Assembly: GCA_938045435.1 (NCBI GenBank)
Contig: CALIBA010000186.1
Span: 1 to 46,509, forward strand
Reading direction: 5' to 3'
DNA length: 46,509 nucleotides
From: an uncultured Selenomonas sp.
GTDB lineage: Bacteria > Bacillota > Negativicutes > Selenomonadales > Selenomonadaceae
Position numbers and translations under genes: made by a program. The notes below the pieces were generated by a model. That model made no database searches. It worked only from the letters and a program-made list of their open reading frames with translations, and was not told the origin of the DNA. This document shows, piece by piece, positions 9,335 to 18,061 of the stretch (position 1 is the stretch's first letter; the number at the start of each line of letters is the position of its first letter).

Positions 9335-10441
9335 TCAGAACTCGTGATTTGCCTTGGCATTGAGGTACGCGCGGATAAAGGGGTCAATCTCCCCATCCAT
9401 CACCGCCTGCACGTTTCCGGTCTCGGCATTCGTGCGCACATCTTTGACCATGGTATATGGCTGGAACACGTAGGAGCGGATCTGACTGCCCCACTCGATT
9501 TTTTGCTGTACGCCTTCGAGTTTTGCAATCTCCTCTTCCTTTTTCTCCTGCTCCAGTTCAAAGAGTTTGGCGCGGAGCATCTTCATGCACTGCTCCTTGT
9601 TCTGAAGCTGTGAACGCTCGTTCTGGCACTGCACAACGATGCCCGTCGGCGCATGGGTCATGCGCACGGCGGACGAGGTCTTGTTGATGTGCTGTCCACC
9701 CGCGCCGCTCGCGCGGAAATAGTCAACGCGCACATCGTCCATGTTGATGGGCACCTCGACGGCATCATCAATCTCCGGCATCACATCGCACGCCGAGAAC
9801 GATGTGTGCCGCCGCGCCTGCGAATCAAACGGGGATATGCGCACAAGGCGATGGACACCCTTTTCCGACTTCAAAAAGCCATAGGCGTTATGCCCCTTGA
9901 TGAAAAGGCTTGCAGACTTTACGCCCGCCTCATCGCCCGGCTGCAAATCGGCAGTCTCGACGGTAAAGCCGTGCCGCTCTGCCCAACGCCCGTACATCCG
10001 AAGGAGCATCTGCGTCCAGTCCTGCGCCTCCGTGCCGCCTGCGCCCGCGTGGAGCGTCAAGATGGCGTTGTTCGCGTCGTAGTCCCCTGAGAGCAGCACC
10101 TCCAGCTGGAGCGTTTCAAGCCCCTGCGCGATGGCATCCAGATCTGCGCGGATGTCCCCCTCCATCGAGGTGTCGCCTTCCTCAATGCCCATTTCGTAAA
10201 GGGTCTCGGCGTCCTCGTATTTCGCTTTGAGTTCCTTATAGGTATCGACGCCGCCTTTGAGCGCCGCAAGCTCTTGATTAAGCTTTTGCGCTGCTGCCGC
10301 ATCATCCCAGAACGACGGCTCGCCCATCTTGTATTCAAGCTCGGCGATCTTCTCCTCTTTCGCGGGGATCTCAAGGGAGATGCGCATCTGATCGAGCTTT
10401 TCGCCCAGATCATTCAGTATCGGTTTCAGATCTTCCAGCAT
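9335..10441 (-). CDS. prfB: Peptide chain release factor 2 (single uninterrupted frame)
   Basis: SPF anticodon-mimic motif, GGQ motif, WGSQIRSY. Confidence 0.97.
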   Translation of the reverse strand: MLEDLKPILNDLGEKLDQMRISLEIPAKEEKIAELEYKMGEPSFWDDAAAAQKLNQELAALKGGVDTYKELKAKYEDAETLYEMGIEEGDTSMEGDIRADLDAIAQGLETLQLEVLLSGDYDANNAILTLHAGAGGTEAQDWTQMLLRMYGRWAERHGFTVETADLQPGDEAGVKSASLFIKGHNAYGFLKSEKGVHRLVRISPFDSQARRHTSFSACDVMPEIDDAVEVPINMDDVRVDYFRASGAGGQHINKTSSAVRMTHAPTGIVVQCQNERSQLQNKEQCMKMLRAKLFELEQEKKEEEIAKLEGVQQKIEWGSQIRSYVFQPYTMVKDVRTNAETGNVQAVMDGEIDPFIRAYLNAKANHEF

Positions 10442-10501
10442 AATTGTATCCTTAAATTTCCCATTTATTTCCGTATCAGACTGACACGCAGCAAGAGTGC
10501 A

Positions 10502-10670
10502 GGGATATATTGCTCAAAAGTGAACCCTAGTGGAGCAAACGGGAAAAGCGTGCGGTATGCCCCGACGAATTTCGTCGTTCAACCGAAGGTCGTTTAGAAA
10601 TTCGTCGGTATTTAAGCATACAAGCACGCGAACGTTTGCGCAGCGAGGCGTTCACGTTGGGCAGTATCCC
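10502..10670. repeat. ~169-bp nested imperfect palindrome (REP/MITE-like element) between secA and prfB
   Basis: Three nested inverted-repeat pairs; a 77%-identical half copy lies at 14546-14605. Confidence 0.75.
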
Positions 10671-10680
10671 AAAGCCCATT

Positions 10681-13323
10681 TTATTTATCCTTCCCATGGC
10701 AGTTCTTATACTTCTTCCCACTGCCGCAGGGACAGGGGGCGTTGCGCCCGACCTTCTTCCCATCCTCTTTCTTTGGCTTTTTCACCTCAGCGGGCATGGA
10801 CTCTCCCCCGTGGGAGGCGCGTGCGTTCATGAGATGATCCTCAAGCTTCGCGCGCTCGTGTGCAAGGAGCTGCTCGGCACGCCGCTGCGCCCCCTCGTCC
10901 ACAACAGGCGCGGGCATATCCCCCGCAGCCTTTGCCGCATCCGCTTGCATGGCGGCGCCTGCGGGCGTGACGATGCTCACATGGTACATGAGGGAGGCGA
11001 TTTGATCCATGATGGCGGCCTCCATCTCCTCGAACATCGTGAGCGCCTCTATCTTGTACTCCACGAGCGGGTTGCGCTGCCCATACGCGCGCAGGTTGAT
11101 GCCCTTGCGCAGCATATCCATGTGGTCGAGGTGATCCATCCACTTCTGATCGACGACACGGAGCATGACGACCTTTTCGAGCTCGCGCATATTCTCCTCG
11201 CCAAACATCAGCTCGCGGGTCCGATAGGCCTGCTCTGCGACCTTTTCGAGTTCGGCTTGGATCTCATCGCGTGCGAGCGCTTCGAGTTTTTCCTTTTGGA
11301 GCAGCCCCTTGGGTGCGTAGACTTTTTCCGCATCCTCGATGAGCGCCTCCAGCTGCCATTCCTCCGGATAGAGTTTTTCGTTCGCGTACTGCGTCATTTC
11401 GTCCTTGATGATGTGGTGCACCATGGCGATGATGTTCTCACGCAGATTTTCCCCGAGCAGGATTTTCCTGCGCTCGCCATAGATGACCTCGCGCTGCTGA
11501 TTCATCACGTCGTCATATTCGAGCACGTGCTTGCGGATGTCAAAGTTGCGCGCCTCGACTTTTTTCTGTGCGTGCTCAATGGAGCGCGTGATGATGGCGT
11601 GCTCGATGGGTTCATCCTCCTCCATGCCGAGGCGGTCCATGATGCCCGCGATGCGGTCGGAGGCAAAAAGACGCATGAGATCATCTTCGAGCGAGAGGAA
11701 GAATTTCGAGGCACCGGGGTCGCCCTGACGCCCGGAGCGCCCGCGCAGCTGGTTGTCGATGCGGCGCGACTCGTGCCGCTCCGTGCCGACGATGTAGAGC
11801 CCGCCAAGCGCCTCTACCCCCTCGCCGAGCTTGATGTCCGTGCCGCGCCCCGCCATATTCGTCGCGATGGTGACGGCACCTTTTTGGCCCGCGTTTGCAA
11901 CGATTTCAGCCTCTTTCTCGTGGAACTTTGCGTTCAGCACCACATGAGGAATGCCGTTTTTCTTCAGCAGGCTCGACAGCTCCTCAGACTGCGTGATGGA
12001 GGTCGTACCGATGAGGATGGGCTGCCCCGTCTCGTGGATCTCTTTCACCGCACGTCCGACGGCGCGGTACTTCGCTGCTTTCGTCTTGTAAATGACATCC
12101 GGCTCATCAATGCGCGCGATGGGCTTATTCGTCGGGATGACGACGACGGGGAGGTTGTAGATCTTTAGGAACTCATTTTCCTCGGTCTTTGCCGTGCCTG
12201 TCATGCCTGCGAGTTTGCCGTACATGCGGAAATAGTTCTGGAATGTGATGCTCGCGAGTGTCTGCGACTCCCGCTGAATCTTCACGCCCTCCTTCGCCTC
12301 AATCGCCTGATGCAGGCCGTCGGAGTAACGGCGGCCCTCCATCAGGCGGCCCGTAAACTCGTCCACGATGACGATCTCATCGTCCCGCACCACATAGTCG
12401 CGGTCGCGGTGCATCAGAGCCTTTGCGCGCAGCGCCGCGGTAAAGCAGTGCGACAGCTCAATGTTCTCGGGGGCGTAGAGATTCTGGATGCCGACAATCT
12501 TTTCGATTTTTGGTATGGCAGAGTCCGCGGGTGCGACGGTCTTAGCCTTCTCATCGACGGTGTAGTCCTCCCCCTCTTTGAGCTGGCGGACGGCATTTGC
12601 CATGACCGCGTAGTTCTCCGTAGACTTCGTGCCGGGGCCGGAGATGATGAGCGGCGTACGCGCCTCGTCGATGAGGATGGAGTCCACCTCGTCCACGATG
12701 GCATAGTGGAGCGGGCGCTGCACCATCTGCCCCTCTGAGAGCACCATATTATCACGCAGATAGTCAAAGCCGAACTCATTGTTCGTTCCAAAGGTCACAT
12801 CTGCCGCATACGCTGCCTTGCGCTCTGGAAAGTCCATATTGTGTGCGATCAGCCCCACCGAAAGTCCAAGGTAGCGATAGAGTTTCCCCATCCACTCGCT
12901 GTCGCGCCGCGCGAGATAGTCGTTGACCGTCACCATGTGGACACCCTTGCCGGCGAGTGCATTGAGGTACACCGCCGTCGTGGCGACGAGGGTCTTGCCT
13001 TCACCTGTGCGCATCTCAGCGATGCGCCCCTCATGCAGGCAGATACCGCCCATGAGCTGCACATCGAAATGCCGCATGCCGAGCACGCGCCGCGAAGTCT
13101 CGCGCACGACCGCAAACGCCTCCGGTAGGAGCTCCTCCATCGGTTGCCCCGCTGCCAGCTGCTCGCGGAAACGCCCTGTAGCGCTCGTCAGCTTGTCATC
13201 CGTGAGATTCGTCATCGCCGGTTCGAGCGCGTTGATCTGATCGACCATTTCGCGGTAGCGCGCGATCTCCTTTTCGTTGTTGTCGCCGAGGAATCGTTTC
13301 AAAATCGCAGATATTCCGAACAA
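10681..13323 (-). CDS. secA: Preprotein translocase ATPase SecA
   Basis: [28 protein letters not shown]-terminal [19 protein letters not shown] zinc motif. TTG start. Confidence 0.98.
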   Translation of the reverse strand: MFGISAILKRFLGDNNEKEIARYREMVDQINALEPAMTNLTDDKLTSATGRFREQLAAGQPMEELLPEAFAVVRETSRRVLGMRHFDVQLMGGICLHEGRIAEMRTGEGKTLVATTAVYLNALAGKGVHMVTVNDYLARRDSEWMGKLYRYLGLSVGLIAHNMDFPERKAAYAADVTFGTNNEFGFDYLRDNMVLSEGQMVQRPLHYAIVDEVDSILIDEARTPLIISGPGTKSTENYAVMANAVRQLKEGEDYTVDEKAKTVAPADSAIPKIEKIVGIQNLYAPENIELSHCFTAALRAKALMHRDRDYVVRDDEIVIVDEFTGRLMEGRRYSDGLHQAIEAKEGVKIQRESQTLASITFQNYFRMYGKLAGMTGTAKTEENEFLKIYNLPVVVIPTNKPIARIDEPDVIYKTKAAKYRAVGRAVKEIHETGQPILIGTTSITQSEELSSLLKKNGIPHVVLNAKFHEKEAEIVANAGQKGAVTIATNMAGRGTDIKLGEGVEALGGLYIVGTERHESRRIDNQLRGRSGRQGDPGASKFFLSLEDDLMRLFASDRIAGIMDRLGMEEDEPIEHAIITRSIEHAQKKVEARNFDIRKHVLEYDDVMNQQREVIYGERRKILLGENLRENIIAMVHHIIKDEMTQYANEKLYPEEWQLEALIEDAEKVYAPKGLLQKEKLEALARDEIQAELEKVAEQAYRTRELMFGEENMRELEKVVMLRVVDQKWMDHLDHMDMLRKGINLRAYGQRNPLVEYKIEALTMFEEMEAAIMDQIASLMYHVSIVTPAGAAMQADAAKAAGDMPAPVVDEGAQRRAEQLLAHERAKLEDHLMNARASHGGESMPAEVKKPKKEDGKKVGRNAPCPCGSGKKYKNCHGKDK

Positions 13324-13506
13324 GTATTGTCACGCTCCTAATTTATATGAAGGAAACTTCGGTGGATATAGACAGTGATTCAGCCCATTATACCACAAAG
13401 CCCCCACCTTTGCACAAAAAGTTCATGCGCAGGAAGCGCCTTTTATCAGCAATCTTTCAGCAGCCGCACATGCTTTTATCCATCCAAGTACATACGCATC
13501 CTTTAT

Positions 13507-13855
13507 TTAGGGTTCATTCACCACATTCATCGACGCACCGTCCATGAACGACCGCACATTCTCAGCCATCGTCTGCATGATCCGCACACGTGCCTCCTTC
13601 GTTGCCCACGAAATGTGCGGCGTGATGATGCAGCGCGGCGCAGTGAGGAGTGGATTGTCCGCGCAAATTGGCTCCTGCGACACCACATCAACCGCAGCAC
13701 AGCCGACTTTCCCGCACGCGAGGGCGGCGGCAAGATCTGCCTCCACAATGAGCTGCCCGCGCCCGTTGTTGATAATGATCACGCCGTCCTTCATCTGCGA
13801 AATCCGCGTGGCATTGATCAGTCCCTCCGTCTCCTGTGTCAGCGGACAGTGCAGG
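13507..13855 (-). pseudogene. 3' fragment of a D-2-hydroxyacid dehydrogenase (paralogue of 26763-27725)
   Basis: LHCPLT...INNGRG...ITPHISWATKEAR. Similarity to the full paralogue stops abruptly at 13855. Confidence 0.85.
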
Positions 13856-14172
13856 CCGAAGCCGCACGCAGGGATGCGGACTCCGTCTTTCACTTCTATC
13901 AGACACTCATCCGCCTGCGCAAGGAAATGCCGCTCATCCAAAAGGGCGATCTCTTCTTCCTCGAACGCGGGAACGCGAGCGTCCTCGCCTACGAGCGCAG
14001 CCTCGGCAGCAGCAAGCTCCGCGTCTACTGCAACTTCCGCGCCGCGAACACCCCACTCATGGAGGACTCCCTTGCGGGTCTTGCGGCGGCGGGCTTGACA
14101 AAACTCCTCGGCAACTATGATGGGCTTGCGGGCGACCTGCGCCCCTACGAAGTCGTCGCGCTCCAGAAATAA
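13855..14172 (+). pseudogene. 3' fragment of a GH13 oligo-1,6-glucosidase/alpha-glucosidase
   Basis: AEAARRDADSVFHFYQTLIRLRK...AYER...CNF...LRPYE is the typical GH13 C-terminus. No start codon or catalytic domain. Confidence 0.8.
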
Positions 14173-14175
14173 CGC

Positions 14176-14204
14176 TTGTCATCCGCGCACGCACCTGTTA
14201 TAAT
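14176..14204 (+). promoter_or_regulatory. Strong sigmaA promoter for the predicted antitoxin sRNA
   Basis: TTGTCA-N17-TATAAT with TG extension; no credible plus-strand gene follows. Confidence 0.8.
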
Positions 14205-14210
14205 GATCAT

Positions 14211-14300
14211 AGAAAGAACGCCCTGTGCGGCATCTTTCCAAAAATTGGTTGTTATTTTCTAAACAACCGCTCATTTGGCTGAATGGGCGGTTACTTTTTC
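14211..14300 (+). ncRNA. Predicted type I antitoxin antisense RNA (~90 nt)
   Basis: Lies between the promoter and a terminator (AACCGC...GCGGTT-ACTTTTT), has internal hairpins, and is antisense to the toxin stop codon and 3' UTR. Confidence 0.65.
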
Positions 14301-14362
14301 GTTATCGCAAGAATATAGCCTGTGGCAACGATCAACAACATGATCGCATCCATTTCGCTCAT
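14291..14362 (-). CDS. 23-aa hydrophobic peptide MSEMDAIMLLIVATGYILAITKK, putative holin-like type I toxin
   Basis: SD AGGGGGTGA inside a CCCCC-GAAA-GGGGG hairpin, single TM helix with KK tail. Too short for the ORF track. Confidence 0.75.
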   Translation of the reverse strand: MSEMDAIMLLIVATGYILAITKK

Positions 14363-14431
14363 ATCCGCTCACCCCCTTTCGGGGGAAAGATACCGCCGCG
14401 GGATGACTCCCGCCCTAGGCGTTCCTCTTTT

Positions 14432-14459
14432 ATTATATCGAACCACATCGAAAAAGCAA
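14432..14459 (-). promoter_or_regulatory. SigmaA promoter for the toxin mRNA
   Basis: TTGCTT-N16-TATAAT on the minus strand. Confidence 0.65.
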
Positions 14460-14469
14460 ACGTATTTAC

Positions 14470-14510
14470 GAAAAAGCCCGCTTGGCACATCATGCCAAAC
14501 GGGCTTTTTC
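14470..14510 (-). terminator. Intrinsic terminator after the aldo/keto reductase (insulates the TA locus)
   Basis: GAAAAAGCCCG...CGGGCTTTTTC. Confidence 0.8.
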
Positions 14511-14531
14511 AGGCTCTTTCACAAAAGTTGT

Positions 14532-14605
14532 GGTATGCCCAGCACGCGAACACCTCGCTCTACAAGCGGTCGTGCGCTTATCTGCCTAAATACCGGCGGA
14601 TTTCT
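14532..14605. repeat. Degenerate half copy (inverted) of the 10502-10670 element
   Basis: 14546-14605 matches the reverse complement of 10596-10655 at 46/60 positions, ungapped. Confidence 0.7.
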
Positions 14606-14637
14606 TTCGGAGAGGCATAGCGCGTTTAAGAACCTCA

Positions 14638-15492
14638 TCACTCGATATGCAGCGGCTCTTTCCGCGTCGGTGGCGGAAATACGCGGTCAATCGCGGCGCA
14701 GTCCTCCGACGTGAGGTCAAGCGCATCCGCGCCCGCGTTGCTGACGGCGTGTTCCCGCCGTCCCGTGCGTGGAATCGCGATGGTATTGCCGTCGCGCACT
14801 GCCCACGCGAGCGCAACCTGCGCGGAGGTCGCGCCATATTTCTCCGCCATCTCCTTGAGGACGGTGCTCCCGAGGAGGTCACAGCCGAGCCGCCCCGCCT
14901 GTGCGAGCGGGCAGTACGCCATCAGCGCAACGCCATGCGCGCGCATCCACGGAAGCAGGCTGTAGTCGATTCCACGAGACCCCACGTGGTAGAGCACCTG
15001 ATTCACGACGCAGTTCTTACCGCCCGGCACCCGCCACAGCTCCTCCATGTCGGCGGTATCGAGATTCGACACGCCCCACGCGCGAATCTTGCCCGCCGCG
15101 CGTGCCTCCTCCATCGCCACGACCATCTCCGCAAGCGGACGCGCCCCGCACCAATGATAGAGATAGAGATCGAGATAGTCCGTCCCAAGACGGGAGAGAC
15201 TGCGTTCCAGCGAGGTCATGAGACGCGTTCCGTATGCGTTTGACGGCAGAACCTTTGACACGAGGAAGAGATGCGCACGGTCATACGGACGGATCGCCTC
15301 ACCGACCAACCGCTCTGCGCGGCCGTCGCCGTAGCTCTCCGCCGTATCGAGCAGCATCATCCCTGCCTCGATCCCTGCACGCAATGCCTCTATCTCGCGT
15401 GCATACGTTTCAGGTGTATCGCCAAGGCACCATGTCCCCTGCCCGAGCGCGGGCACCCGCACCCCGCCCGGCAGCTTCACCATATGTTTCAT
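14638..15492 (-). CDS. Aldo/keto reductase (YeaE-like)
   Basis: PALGQGTW, LDTAESYG, DYLDLYLYHW, WGVSN, AYCPL motifs. Start at MKHMVK with SD GGAAAGGAG. Confidence 0.92.
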   Translation of the reverse strand: MKHMVKLPGGVRVPALGQGTWCLGDTPETYAREIEALRAGIEAGMMLLDTAESYGDGRAERLVGEAIRPYDRAHLFLVSKVLPSNAYGTRLMTSLERSLSRLGTDYLDLYLYHWCGARPLAEMVVAMEEARAAGKIRAWGVSNLDTADMEELWRVPGGKNCVVNQVLYHVGSRGIDYSLLPWMRAHGVALMAYCPLAQAGRLGCDLLGSTVLKEMAEKYGATSAQVALAWAVRDGNTIAIPRTGRREHAVSNAGADALDLTSEDCAAIDRVFPPPTRKEPLHIE

Positions 15493-15621
15493 TTCGTCAC
15501 ACTCCTTTCCCCTTGTGGGCAATACGTCCAATTCTGTACCTTTCTCCAATTCTACACGAATTCGCACGATGAGAAAAGGATTCGCACGATTTTCTTCCAT
15601 AAAATACTGTGAAAAGGACTT

Positions 15622-15650
15622 TTGACAGTATTTCGATAACTCTCTATAAT
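15622..15650 (+). promoter_or_regulatory. Consensus sigmaA promoter
   Basis: TTGACA-N17-TATAAT upstream of the DUF1653 gene. Confidence 0.8.
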
Positions 15651-15696
15651 CATTCGCAGACAATGTTATTTATGCGAATGATCAGGAGGGCATCTC

Positions 15697-15930
15697 ATGC
15701 GTGACCATCCCACACACGGCGAAATCTGGCGGCACTTCAAGGGAAATCTCTACCGCATCGAGACCACGGCGGAGCACACGGAGACGGGCGAGGTGCTCGT
15801 CATCTATCAGGCACTCTATGGAACCTACGGCATCTATGCGCGCCCGCTCACGATGTTCATGAGTGCCGTCGATCGGGAGAAATATCCCAATGCACCGCAG
15901 GAATGGCGGTTTGAAAAAATTCATCCGTAA
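15697..15930 (+). CDS. DUF1653 family protein
   Basis: [28 protein letters not shown] motifs; SD AGGAGG. Confidence 0.88.
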   Translation: MRDHPTHGEIWRHFKGNLYRIETTAEHTETGEVLVIYQALYGTYGIYARPLTMFMSAVDREKYPNAPQEWRFEKIHP

Positions 15931-15933
15931 CGC

Positions 15934-15969
15934 ACAACACCCCGACGGCAGATGCCATCGGGGTGTTGT
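15934..15969. terminator. Hairpin/bidirectional terminator between convergent genes
   Basis: ACAACACCCCGA...TCGGGGTGTTGT. Confidence 0.65.
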
Positions 15970-15986
15970 CATAGACAGGACGCCGA

Positions 15987-17936
15987 TCAAAAAACGTAAT
16001 TCACGCCGACAAGGAAGGAGCGTCCGACGATGTAGTAGGTGCCGCTGTTCGTATGGTCGCGGCGATTAAGGAGATTGTCCACATCGAACGTGCCCATGAG
16101 CGCGGGCGTGAAGCGATAGGCGACGTGAAGGTTCGAGACGAGGAGATTACCGGAAATCGGCACGAAGGAGGTGCGCTCGCTGCGTGTACTGTTGTACCCG
16201 CGATCCCCCCAGTAGCTGAGGCTGAGTGCCGCCGTAAGGTCGCGGTTCTCATAGTTCACGCCTGCCGTCATCTGATAGCGGCCAAGCGCACGCACCCAGT
16301 CCTGCCCCGCCTTGTACTTGCGCTCAGGATTGCCGTAGGTAACGCCCGTATTGAAGCTGAAATGCGCATCCACATCCTGCGCGTAGGAGATTTCCACGCC
16401 CGTATTACGGTAGGATGCGGCGTTCGTCTGGTAGCTCTTGCCATCCGCCCCCTTGATGCCGACGATCTGGTCGCTCACGCTCGTGTGGAATACCGTCGCG
16501 GTGAAGCGGCGCCCTTTGTTGTCGTACTTATAACCCGCCTCATAGTTCCAACCGGATTCGGGACTCAGATTTGGGTTTGGCACCATGACTGCACTCGCGT
16601 AGTAGAGGTTGCGGAAGTTCGGCATGCGAAAGAATTTCCCGACGCTCGCATAGACGGCGCTGTCACGACTGAGGCGCGTCGTCACCTGCAGCTGCGGGAG
16701 GAAGGCACTGTAGGCACCCGCCGAGGACTTCACCCAGTCCGCACGCGTACTCAGGATCGCGGCCGTTACGGGGCTGAGATCGCGGTCGTAGGAGGCGATG
16801 AGTGAGTATTCATTCATCCCGTAGCCGCCAAACTTCGCATAGGGTCTAAGGGTACTGTCGCTCTCTCTATACTTCCGATATTTCTGATTCTCGTTGACAT
16901 AGGTCTGCCGCTTCGCTGAGAGCCCGACGAGGGTGGTGCTCACATCGTCCTTCCAGACCTTCTTCACCTCTGCGCCGTAGTGGCGGTGGTGGCTCTTCTC
17001 CCACTCCACGACGCTCGGATTCGCCGTAAAATAGTCGGGGTTCGAGATCGAGCGGTAGTTGTAGTACGCACTGCCCGACCATCCCTTTTGATCCTGATAA
17101 CTAAAGTTCGCAAAATGCTCGTCATCGTCGTAGTTGAAATACTTGAGCAGCTGCCCCGCCGCGTCATTGTAGTGAATGGAGTGATTCTTGCCGCTGTAGA
17201 TATAGGAGAGCCGCATCGCGTCATTGATTTTGTAGGTCAGATTCACATGATCCTTGCGGCTCTTGCCGAATCCGACCATATAAGGCGTTTCAACGCCGTT
17301 GATTTTCAGATCCCCGAGCACATCCGTCAGATTCCCCGTCTTGCCGTAGTATGAACGGCTGACAGCAAGCCCGACCTTGCCGAGGTCAATGGTTGCCGCA
17401 TAGTCACGCTGTCCGCGGTCACCCGCCGCAACGCGCACGCTGTTCTTATACTGCGCCTTCGTGATGACGTTGATGACGCCGCCAAACGCCTCAGAGCCGT
17501 AGAGCACGGAGCCGCCGCCCTTGACGACCTCCACGCGCTCCACTGCATCGAGGCGCATCATATCGAGATGGCTCACATTGTTGAACGACGCGGGCACGCC
17601 GTCGATGAGGACGAGCGTCCCACTGTCTACGCCGCGCAGATTCGCGCCCGCATTGCCCGTGATCCACGTCTGCCCGTCGGGTCCCATGCTCGTGAAATGC
17701 ACACCATTCTTGAACTTCAGCGCAGAGATTACATCGCGTACGCCCGTTTTCTTCAACTCCTCGGCGGTATAGACTGTCGTATCGGCCGGTGTCATGAGCG
17801 TCTCCTTCTCATAGCCCTGCGCCGTCACGTTGACCGACGGTGTCTCATAGCTCTGTGTCTCCTCTGCCGCCTGCGCCGCGAGTGGAACTGCGCAAAGTGC
17901 ACACGAGAGTCCTGCCATCCACTGTTTCTTTCTCAT
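15987..17936 (-). CDS. TonB-dependent receptor (BtuB/CirA-like plug and barrel)
   Basis: Signal peptide, LVLIDGVP, VERVEVVKGGGSVLYGSEAFGGVINVITK, NPNLSPE, C-terminal Phe. Start MRKKQ with SD AAGGAGG. Confidence 0.92.
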   Translation of the reverse strand: MRKKQWMAGLSCALCAVPLAAQAAEETQSYETPSVNVTAQGYEKETLMTPADTTVYTAEELKKTGVRDVISALKFKNGVHFTSMGPDGQTWITGNAGANLRGVDSGTLVLIDGVPASFNNVSHLDMMRLDAVERVEVVKGGGSVLYGSEAFGGVINVITKAQYKNSVRVAAGDRGQRDYAATIDLGKVGLAVSRSYYGKTGNLTDVLGDLKINGVETPYMVGFGKSRKDHVNLTYKINDAMRLSYIYSGKNHSIHYNDAAGQLLKYFNYDDDEHFANFSYQDQKGWSGSAYYNYRSISNPDYFTANPSVVEWEKSHHRHYGAEVKKVWKDDVSTTLVGLSAKRQTYVNENQKYRKYRESDSTLRPYAKFGGYGMNEYSLIASYDRDLSPVTAAILSTRADWVKSSAGAYSAFLPQLQVTTRLSRDSAVYASVGKFFRMPNFRNLYYASAVMVPNPNLSPESGWNYEAGYKYDNKGRRFTATVFHTSVSDQIVGIKGADGKSYQTNAASYRNTGVEISYAQDVDAHFSFNTGVTYGNPERKYKAGQDWVRALGRYQMTAGVNYENRDLTAALSLSYWGDRGYNSTRSERTSFVPISGNLLVSNLHVAYRFTPALMGTFDVDNLLNRRDHTNSGTYYIVGRSFLVGVNYVF

Positions 17937-17970
17937 AAATATCCTCCTTAAAATAAACGATATTGGGGAC

Positions 17971-18024
17971 GCCCCTTTCACTACGCTGCGCGTGATCCCC
18001 CTCCCCCGTCGTACACGGGGGAGG
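17971..18024. repeat. Two-hairpin REP-like extragenic element
   Basis: Small hairpin followed by the 10-bp stem CCTCCCCCGT...ACGGGGGAGG. Confidence 0.45.
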
Positions 18025-18061
18025 CAGCAAATCAGCCTCTACCGCCGCGGCAGAGGAGGCT

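Noticed and set aside
10636..12168. 510-aa plus-strand ORF and other long antisense ORFs (5206-6516, 26865-27830, 34033-35001, 40532-41500, 41415-42482)
   Set aside because: They are shadows of well-supported genes on the opposite strand, expected with GC-rich codon bias, and carry no recognisable motifs.
13438..13465. TTTTATCAGCAAT, resembling the MITE right end
   Set aside because: Match too short and no partner end or target duplication.
13375..14172. 265-aa apparent novel fusion ORF
   Set aside because: It is the antisense of the dehydrogenase fragment joined to a GH13 tail at the 13855 break.
14225..14714. Plus-strand ORFs 14225-14620 and 14322-14714
   Set aside because: No SD, atypical composition, and they cross terminators. 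The TA architecture explains the region better.
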